Positions 57,084 to 64,000 of a stretch of 64,000 nucleotides of DNA are shown one piece after another. The number at the start of each line of letters is the position of its first letter. Positions within the stretch are counted from its first letter, which is position 1. Where the stretch lies: IMG/VR virus record IMGVR_UViG_3300021254_000021, positions 188,373 to 252,372 of that record; one strand, given 5' to 3'. The notes beneath the pieces were generated by a model. The model worked only from the letters and a program-made list of their open reading frames with translations. It was not told the DNA's origin and did not search any database. The DNA comes from a virus. Its lineage: Duplodnaviria > Caudoviricetes. Position numbers and translations under genes: made by a program.

Positions 57084-58226
57084 ATGGAACTGGAACTTAG
57101 AAATGTAGGGATAATTAAATCAGCACACCTAGAGTTTATACAAGGGTTAAACTTAATCGTAGGATCTTCGTCCTCTGGTAAAAGTACATTGCTTCGAGCT
57201 ATACGATCCATGATAGACAATTCTTTTTCTGACTCCAACATTTCTTATGGAGAGAAAAAGATGGCTATTAAGATGGTGTATAATGGACATACAGCAACTT
57301 ATATCAGAGACTTGGATAACCCTCAAAGAAAAGCGGCGTATAAGATTGATGATACCGTGTACACCAAGCTAGGTCGATCTTCCTTAGATGAAATGGAGAC
57401 TGTATTTAAACTATCCCCAATAGAGATTGATGGGGAGAAAGTTAATTTTAATTTTTCCTCTCAGTTTGCTGGTCCATTCCTTCTCTTAGGCACATCTTCA
57501 TTCCTTTACTCTATTCTCACATACCGATCTTCCTTCGACATCACCAAGATCAATGACCTTTACTTTACCGATATTAAGAAGGTGAAGCAGGACATTCGTG
57601 TATTAACTAAAACAAAAGAGACATTGGAAAAGGAGAAAGAGGTTAAGGAGAAAGAATTGCAACCTTTGGATTCTTTCCCAGAGATCTTTGTCAATGTGCA
57701 GAAGTTAAAACAGCAGTATGAAACTTTTCAAAGACAGTCTACTTTATTTAACTCTTATAAGAGTACCCTTCGTCAGATAGTGTATAGAAAAAATAAGATT
57801 GAGAGTATAAGTAATGCTCTGGACGCCTTCCATCTTTTCCCAGAGCGTGTACATAACTTTGCTTTATTGCAGTCTTATATTCATTGTTATAACCAAGTAC
57901 AGAGGTCTAAGGAATCTTTAAAGAATCTTACCTGTGTCTTAGACCGTATTACAGATATACAGCCGAACATTAAGGTATGTACAACATTAAGTGCTTACTT
58001 AAAGGCGCACACAAGATTTACAAAGAATAAAGAACTTTTAAATAATGTGACTATTCCCGATACGAAAACCATTCTGCTCTTACAGCAGTATCTCAAAGTT
58101 TTAGTAAGTAGGAACAAGTCTAAGGAGATTATTACCAAGACAGAACAACAGATAAAGGATGTACATGAACGTATTTGTACAGTAGATGTCTGTCCGTTAT
58201 GCAATCAACCCATCTGCAACCATTAG
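57084..58226 (+). CDS. Rad50/SbcC (gp46-like) N-terminal part: Walker A, coiled coil, zinc hook
   Basis: GLNLIVGSSSSGKSTLLRAI; terminal CPLCNQ. Confidence 0.85.
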   Translation: MELELRNVGIIKSAHLEFIQGLNLIVGSSSSGKSTLLRAIRSMIDNSFSDSNISYGEKKMAIKMVYNGHTATYIRDLDNPQRKAAYKIDDTVYTKLGRSSLDEMETVFKLSPIEIDGEKVNFNFSSQFAGPFLLLGTSSFLYSILTYRSSFDITKINDLYFTDIKKVKQDIRVLTKTKETLEKEKEVKEKELQPLDSFPEIFVNVQKLKQQYETFQRQSTLFNSYKSTLRQIVYRKNKIESISNALDAFHLFPERVHNFALLQSYIHCYNQVQRSKESLKNLTCVLDRITDIQPNIKVCTTLSAYLKAHTRFTKNKELLNNVTIPDTKTILLLQQYLKVLVSRNKSKEIITKTEQQIKDVHERICTVDVCPLCNQPICNH

Positions 58227-58236
58227 GAGAACAAAC

Positions 58237-58473
58237 ATGGAAATTAAAGAATTTGAAGCCCTTAAAAAGAAACAGGATGAACTTACTCTACTTAAAGCTA
58301 AAGAGGAAGCTAAGTTGGAATCCTTAGAAAAGGAATTGGAGAATTATAAACAACAGCTAAAAGAGTTGGGTATTGAGGACTTAGATAATGCAGAAACCAT
58401 CCTAGCGGAGAGGGAAAAGGAACTGGAAGCACAATACACAGAAATATCCTCTCTACTAGCCAAGTTTGAGTAA
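58237..58473 (+). CDS. coiled-coil protein, probable middle piece of split Rad50/SbcC
   Basis: own RBS AGGAG; pure heptad pattern between the two ATPase halves. Confidence 0.6.
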   Translation: MEIKEFEALKKKQDELTLLKAKEEAKLESLEKELENYKQQLKELGIEDLDNAETILAEREKELEAQYTEISSLLAKFE

Positions 58474-59131
58474 AAACATTATGGACATTCAATCATTAGA
58501 AAAGAGGGCGACGAATATATACATTAAGTATAATGCTTTAAAGTCGTCTTACTTAGCCACCACACAGTCATTAGAAGAATTAGGTAAAGAGTACACGGCG
58601 TTAAATGACAACCAAACTCTACTGGAAAGATCCAAACCTTTTATAGATGATTTAATCAATAAATTCTCAGAAACCTCTTTAAAGAAGCTAGAGGATTTAT
58701 TAACTCTTGGTGTACAGCGCATTTTTCAAGACCGTGATTATCGTGTAGAGATAAAGGTGTCAGAAAAGAGGTCTGCCAAGTGTGCGGAACTGTATCTTAT
58801 TGACTCAGGTCATTCATTCCTTATGAGGGATTCCTGTGTCGCAGGTGGAATCCTTGTTGTCGTAGGGTTTCTAATCCAAGTCTTTTATGTGGCCAACTTG
58901 GATGTAGCTAAAATCTTATTCTTAGATGAGGCTTTATCCAACATATCCACACAATACCTAGACAACTTCTTTGCTTTTGTAAAAGAGCTGTCAACACAGA
59001 TAGGTCTTACCGTTGTTTTAATCACACATGATACTCGCTTTTTAGAATATGCAGATCGTCTTTATAAAGTGAGTAATGGTGTTTATTCTCTGGAAGATCT
59101 ACCCACCAAAGCAGGTAAAAATAATGTCTAA
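58466..59131 (+). CDS. Rad50/SbcC C-terminal part
   Basis: degenerate signature AGG, Walker B LFLDEA, H-loop ITHD. Confidence 0.85.
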   Translation: MSKNIMDIQSLEKRATNIYIKYNALKSSYLATTQSLEELGKEYTALNDNQTLLERSKPFIDDLINKFSETSLKKLEDLLTLGVQRIFQDRDYRVEIKVSEKRSAKCAELYLIDSGHSFLMRDSCVAGGILVVVGFLIQVFYVANLDVAKILFLDEALSNISTQYLDNFFAFVKELSTQIGLTVVLITHDTRFLEYADRLYKVSNGVYSLEDLPTKAGKNNV

Positions 59132-60023
59132 GATAATCTTTGTAGGTGATGTCCATCTCAAAGGGTCAACACCCATATCCCGTAAAGACAATTACTCGGA
59201 AACAATCCTTAATAAGCTCCAATATATCTGGAATTATGCCAATACCATAGACTGTACAACGATTATATTCCTAGGGGATATATTCGATACTGTAAATACA
59301 TCCTTACAGTATTTCTCTCACTGTTTAACACTCTTTAAAAAGATTACGGACAGTGGAATAGACCTCTATACCATAGTAGGTAATCATGATCTCCGATATG
59401 ATTCAATGGAGACTCTGCCTATAACTCCTTTAGGCATACTGATTAAATCGGATGCCATGAAGCTGTTAGACTCTCTTATTGTAGATGATGTGTTTATTAA
59501 AGGATGTCACTTCCCAGAATCCCCAGAACCAAATACACAAAAAGACCTTTATTCCATCCTTCTCTTACACCGCTTTTATGAGTCTGGATTTAACGAGATT
59601 CCTATCACTAAAGAGGAAGCACAGACATTAGATTATGATGTCTGTATATTAGGGCATGATCATAAACCCTATTCTACAATAATGGTAGAGGGTAGGGATA
59701 AGTTAATTAAAATTATCCGGCCGGGATCATTAGCCCGTAATTCGTCGGATCAGTATAACCGTTTAAGAAAACCACGTATTCTGGTGATGGAAACCTCTGA
59801 TAAATCTTTCCATTATGAGGAAGTACCCGCAGAATCAGGAATGAACATATTCTTTGAGAAAGAGGAAGAAAAAGAGGTAATCAGTATGAAGGAGTTGGTA
59901 GATTACCTTAAATCCTCTTATCATACTGCCGACCTTTCCATAAGAGACTATTTAAACAATACCGAAATACCAGAGGATGTTAAAACCCTAATAGGAACAT
60001 ACTTAGACCTCTTAGGTGCATGA
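59124..60023 (+). CDS. Mre11/SbcD (gp47-like) nuclease
   Basis: GDVH, GDIFD, GNHD, LGHDH, PGSL. Confidence 0.9.
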   Translation: MSKIIFVGDVHLKGSTPISRKDNYSETILNKLQYIWNYANTIDCTTIIFLGDIFDTVNTSLQYFSHCLTLFKKITDSGIDLYTIVGNHDLRYDSMETLPITPLGILIKSDAMKLLDSLIVDDVFIKGCHFPESPEPNTQKDLYSILLLHRFYESGFNEIPITKEEAQTLDYDVCILGHDHKPYSTIMVEGRDKLIKIIRPGSLARNSSDQYNRLRKPRILVMETSDKSFHYEEVPAESGMNIFFEKEEEKEVISMKELVDYLKSSYHTADLSIRDYLNNTEIPEDVKTLIGTYLDLLGA

Positions 60024-60060
60024 GAAAAGCCCGTAAGAAAATCTTACGGGCTTTTCTTTT
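60023..60060 (+). terminator. intrinsic terminator
   Basis: AAAAGCCCGTAAGA...TCTTACGGGCTTTT + T tract. Confidence 0.85.
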
Positions 60061-60137
60061 TTAGTTGCAATTAAAATAAGTTATGTTATCTATATCCCTG
60101 TTAGAACGATTATTCGTTCTTATTTTGAGAAAAGAAT

Positions 60138-60349
60138 AAGAGTTATTTAATTGTCTCACCCGACCACTCACGATCTCTACCGACACGAAAAGCAGAGTAT
60201 CCAGTCGTACTGCCCAGAGATCAAAACAGGCCGTTAATTTAGGAATGGGATAGACGAACGGGACGGTCTCCATTAATTGGTCTAAGAAGCACCTTATAAA
60301 GAGAATAAGCTATCCGAGCCTAGCCGTGAGAAAAGATTAAATGACTCTT
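60138..60349 (+). ncRNA. putative multibranched structured RNA
   Basis: nested helices 60138-60151/60336-60349, 60154-59/60326-31, 60172-78/60216-22. Confidence 0.5.
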
Positions 60350-60854
60350 AAATAATTCCAAATAAGAGTGAATAATCATCTAACAAATACTATTTGCTGT
60401 ACATTCTTTAAATGCTCTGTGGTGAAACCCCACTGATAAAGCTATATTCTTTTTAAACTAATTCTGAATATGGCTGTTTTGTTGTACCCAGAGAAAGCTA
60501 AAAATGTTCATATAAGATCTCTCAAATCTAGTATTTACCTAGTATAAAAAAATATTTTAATGAGATATAGTGAACACTACTATAAAAAAGAGGGGTAATT
60601 AGAGTATAGTTTCAGAAAACACTGAAACGAGGGATGGGAGTGCAACTACCTTCCATCCCTCGAATTTTAACCAAAAAACGCCAAAATCCCTAGTATTGAT
60701 GCGGGTTTGAGAGGTGTAATTTGTTATGATTAAAAAGTTCCAAATTTTTGAATGATCTGTGCAAGAGGTTGATTTATAAGAAGAATTTAACTTTAGGGGA
60801 TTGTGTAGAGTCTTAAGAGCTTCTATTAAAGACAGGATCATTTAAAGTAGGGTT

Positions 60855-61346
60855 ATGAATATGGATTCATGTTTTATTCAAGGTGATTGTTTGGAAGTGA
60901 TGCCAACACTTAAAGCAGAGTCTTTTGATTTAGTGATAGCAGATCAACCTTATTGGAAGGTGGTTGGGGAGAGCGTAAGTATGCTAGACATACTCTCCAC
61001 CCTTCCAGAAAGTATAACATTAAATCACGCATTCTTAAAGCTATGCTTTGACAAAGGTTCAGATGTTTATTCTTTTATAGATGATATACGTTATATGTCC
61101 GACAAGTCGGAAGGGATGAAACTGTTAAAGGCGGCTGTGGAAAGCAAGGCGGTTGATCTTAATGGTATTTATGATGAGGATGATAATGAGACTGTATTCA
61201 TGGAGATATTGTCCAACCTCAAACCAAGTGTAGAGGATGTCAAATGGATGCTCACACATGGAGCTAATCCAGATACTAAGGATGAGGATGGAGATACCGC
61301 AATAGCATATACGGATGATCCAAAAATCCAAGAACTGCTTAGATAG
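60855..61346 (+). CDS. ankyrin-repeat protein preceded in frame by a DNA methyltransferase N-terminal stub
   Basis: IQGDCLEVM..L..ESFDLVIADQPY then ankyrin-like VKWMLTHGANPDTKDEDGDTA. Confidence 0.65.
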   Translation: MNMDSCFIQGDCLEVMPTLKAESFDLVIADQPYWKVVGESVSMLDILSTLPESITLNHAFLKLCFDKGSDVYSFIDDIRYMSDKSEGMKLLKAAVESKAVDLNGIYDEDDNETVFMEILSNLKPSVEDVKWMLTHGANPDTKDEDGDTAIAYTDDPKIQELLR

Positions 61347-61459
61347 TATAACTCTTGCAAAAATAATCCTCTATATGTGAGTATAATAGAGGGATTCTTG
61401 TTTATGGGCACGAATCACACATACTGCGGTTCGTGCCTTTCTTTTTAAGGAGTTTGTTT

Positions 61460-62587
61460 ATGGACGATCTTTTTAACTTAGATCAGGTGAATACGGAATC
61501 TTTAGATGATTCCCCCTTGGATGTACCTGTATCAACAGATGATCCTTGTTGGCAGGTAGAGACATCCCGCCTCTCTTTATTCCTTTCTTTAAGCTCTTTA
61601 TTTGGTTGGCGCTCTGGTACAGATTTAACTTCAAAGTCTGTCTGTTTAAGTGTTAATGAGAGTGGTGACTCTTTAATTTGTCGATCCACCGACTTTGACA
61701 CTTATCTGGAATTTACCATTCCACAGACATCCACCAATCCTATAAGAGAAACTTTGATCTTTCCAACAGCAACATTTATTAAGTTGGTTAAGTTATCCTC
61801 AAAGACACTGACAATTAAATATACGGGATCACCCAGTGTTTTAATTATGGGTCAATGGATTCCTATTGAGTCCATTACTGTTAATGCCTCTTTTGTCAAC
61901 TCTGATCCCACACGACTTGTAGGGTCTTACACTGTACCACCCATCTCGGATATTATCCCCATCCTTTCCTCGGCTGTTATTCCTAAAGATCGTAACCTCT
62001 TATTTTGTGACAGCATTGTTCAGTCAACTCAGTTATGGTCTGTCCTTCAACGAAAGACCGTACCTCTCTCTGTACCATTTATTTTAACTTCGAGAGAAGC
62101 CTCTTTATTGAAGGCTATTTCTTCGGAGACACAGGAAGTAAAGCTGTATTTGACAGAATCCGATATTCCAAGACTGGTGATAGAATCAGATATAGCTAAG
62201 TTGTGGTTAATTTACCGTAAGCCAGAATCCACTCCAGACACTCTACCACCACAGCTCTTTTCACTAAAGGTGGAAGCACAGATTTTAACCCGTCTAACGA
62301 ATCTTTCAGAGTCTTTACCCAATTCTAATGGTAATTTAGAGTTTAACTATACACAGGAGAATGGATTAAACATTACATATTGCAGTAAGATTGGTAATAC
62401 GGTATTCCCGATAGAAGCTGTTATAGAAGGACACCCAGAGGATCTTTCCTCATCCTTTATTCAGACTAAATTACTTAAACCTTTATTGAAGGCATTGGGT
62501 AATGGGGTATTGAGTCTTAGTTGGGACACCACCAGAATTTATATCTACTCCGATACCTCACAGGTCTCTATCCCATTTGAGACTTAA
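61460..62587 (+). CDS. putative sliding clamp (DnaN/beta-like)
   Basis: L.CRSTDFD..L...I......LIFP..TF.KLVK resembles beta-clamp domain 1; size fits. Confidence 0.5.
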   Translation: MDDLFNLDQVNTESLDDSPLDVPVSTDDPCWQVETSRLSLFLSLSSLFGWRSGTDLTSKSVCLSVNESGDSLICRSTDFDTYLEFTIPQTSTNPIRETLIFPTATFIKLVKLSSKTLTIKYTGSPSVLIMGQWIPIESITVNASFVNSDPTRLVGSYTVPPISDIIPILSSAVIPKDRNLLFCDSIVQSTQLWSVLQRKTVPLSVPFILTSREASLLKAISSETQEVKLYLTESDIPRLVIESDIAKLWLIYRKPESTPDTLPPQLFSLKVEAQILTRLTNLSESLPNSNGNLEFNYTQENGLNITYCSKIGNTVFPIEAVIEGHPEDLSSSFIQTKLLKPLLKALGNGVLSLSWDTTRIYIYSDTSQVSIPFET

Positions 62588-62642
62588 ATTAGAATTAAGA
62601 CACGTTGTTTACAACGTGTCTTTCTTTTAGGAGATTTTCTTT

Positions 62643-63044
62643 ATGATTACCTTTAATTATTCTGAAACAACTTCTACCTTTAAATTTTCTGCAAAGAATA
62701 CTGTTATTATCCTTCCCGCCGCAATACAGAAAATGGCCCCAGAGGATATGGAGATTATAAAACAGTTTTGTGTGACTGTAAGAGAGCTTTACATTCAGAA
62801 GGTTGTTCAATTTACGACAGAGTTTATTGGAAAAAAGATGTGCCCGATACAGCTTAGACATTCAAGTATAAGTGAGGCTGTTTCCTTATATCAGAATAAG
62901 CTGACACCAGAGGTTTTTAATCCTCTTTATGCTCAATTCCAATCTTTATCACAGTTACCAAAACCAAGAAGAAATATGGTGATGGGGAAACCCCGTACAC
63001 GGACATCGACAGCACTAGACCATATAGAGGACATTCAGTTCTAA
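62643..63044 (+). CDS. hypothetical protein
   Basis: RBS AGGAG. Confidence 0.65.
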   Translation: MITFNYSETTSTFKFSAKNTVIILPAAIQKMAPEDMEIIKQFCVTVRELYIQKVVQFTTEFIGKKMCPIQLRHSSISEAVSLYQNKLTPEVFNPLYAQFQSLSQLPKPRRNMVMGKPRTRTSTALDHIEDIQF

Positions 63045-63109
63045 AATAAGTCTCTATCTAATCCTAGAGAGTTTTGCCTCAATTAAGGTTTACGTAAAGG
63101 AGTTTAGAT

Positions 63110-63586
63110 ATGAGAATTACAGTAGAACGCATTTCTAACGGGTTAGCCCCTAATATCAATAAGTCTCGTTCCATTACTGCTGATGCAGATAAATTAGCTA
63201 AAGATATTCTCTCTGAATTAAAAGAAAAGGGAGAAGCTGTTAAGTCTTTAGCCCGTATGGGTGGAGATAATCGTAAGGGTGTTATTATTGTTGGCCTTCC
63301 TGAATCTGTCCGTAATGAGGTAAGAAGGAATTTTGACTTATCTCAAGAACCATCGGAATTTGTTATTCAATGTAAATCTGGTAAGAATACAGAGGGAGAG
63401 GATGTTATTCTTGTTACCGTAGGGTTTACAACAGGTTCACAGGTAACAGATGCTTTAGAGAATTGGCTGATTGAAGCCCCTATTGATGGGACAGAGGCTA
63501 GGACGGTTGCTAGTTCCCGTAAATTGGATTACATCTTGAAACAGTTAGCAGATATACTGAAAGACCTTAGAGGACGACAGCGTTAA
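63110..63586 (+). CDS. hypothetical protein
   Basis: RBS AAGGAG. Confidence 0.7.
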   Translation: MRITVERISNGLAPNINKSRSITADADKLAKDILSELKEKGEAVKSLARMGGDNRKGVIIVGLPESVRNEVRRNFDLSQEPSEFVIQCKSGKNTEGEDVILVTVGFTTGSQVTDALENWLIEAPIDGTEARTVASSRKLDYILKQLADILKDLRGRQR

Positions 63587-63660
63587 TTCGTTTAAAATCC
63601 GTCTCTAAAAAGAAACCCCTTTAGGCGTAATACCAAGGGGTTTTTCTTTTAGGTGATCTT

Positions 63661-64000
63661 ATGCAGGACTTATCTTTCTATCACTCTTTACCAGTACCGC
63701 AGTATAGAAACAAGTATGAGGTTTCCTCTCATTACTTTAACTTAGATTATCGTTTGATTACAGGGCAGATAGCATATACACTCCCTTTACCCGCACAGGT
63801 AAAGCAATTCATTATGGAATATGAGGAAGTGGTGACTATGCCTAATCGCTTTCAAGATCAAGTAATTGGGCTTTTACTAAGACCCATCTATACAAAGACT
63901 TTCCGTTATTTTTCTGAGTATAAAACACCTTATGGTGCAGGGATAAACAATAAGCCTTATACATTACCTTGGGTGATTGTAGAGTCTTGTTTCGATGCAG
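63661..64000 (+). CDS. putative primase (TOPRIM), truncated by window end
   Basis: open frame MQDLSFY... ending WVIVESCFDA, like the TOPRIM E..FD motif. Confidence 0.5.
   Translation, partial: MQDLSFYHSLPVPQYRNKYEVSSHYFNLDYRLITGQIAYTLPLPAQVKQFIMEYEEVVTMPNRFQDQVIGLLLRPIYTKTFRYFSEYKTPYGAGINNKPYTLPWVIVESCFDA

Noticed and set aside
1485-62861. Most minus-strand ORFs in the track (e.g. 4666-5304, 27705-28013, 46961-47269)
   Set aside because: Antisense to well-supported + strand genes, no RBS or motifs; only 10665-11015 accepted
1-64000. Stop-codon reassignment as seen in some large phages
   Set aside because: Conserved genes are full length under the standard code, TAG/TGA end genes at sensible positions, and no suppressor tRNA is present

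Overview
The window looks like part of a large lytic dsDNA phage genome. It is AT-rich, almost all genes lie on the + strand, and the standard genetic code fits. Overlapping spanin-like genes suggest a Gram-negative host. Contents: nucleotide-metabolism and replication genes (dNK, Tdk, dUTPase, clamp-loader-like, clamp-like, SSBs, RuvC, intein-containing ATP-dependent ligase, three-piece Rad50/SbcC plus Mre11/SbcD, partial primase); a tRNA cluster (Tyr, Arg, Ile-UAU, Ser, a group I intron-containing Leu-UAA, and three tRNA-like genes with remodelled anticodon arms); lysis genes; an amidoligase/GATase/GGCT module; IS200/IS605 remnants; and many small accessory genes. The most striking locus is a type I-E CRISPR-Cas system (cas7, cas5, cas6e, an in-frame cas8e-cas11 fusion with an internal RBS, cas3; no cas1/cas2 in the window). 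It is broken into gene+leader+mini-array units (4 arrays) and interleaved with a family A DNA polymerase gene split into two ORFs. A fixed-geometry element (GGGG-N20-CCCC-N5-CCAAYTTTACAAAAAT, about 20 copies) precedes many accessory genes, supplies the stop codon at the polA split, and in one case is built from the terminal CRISPR repeat. All calls come from motif recognition by eye; no database searches were run.
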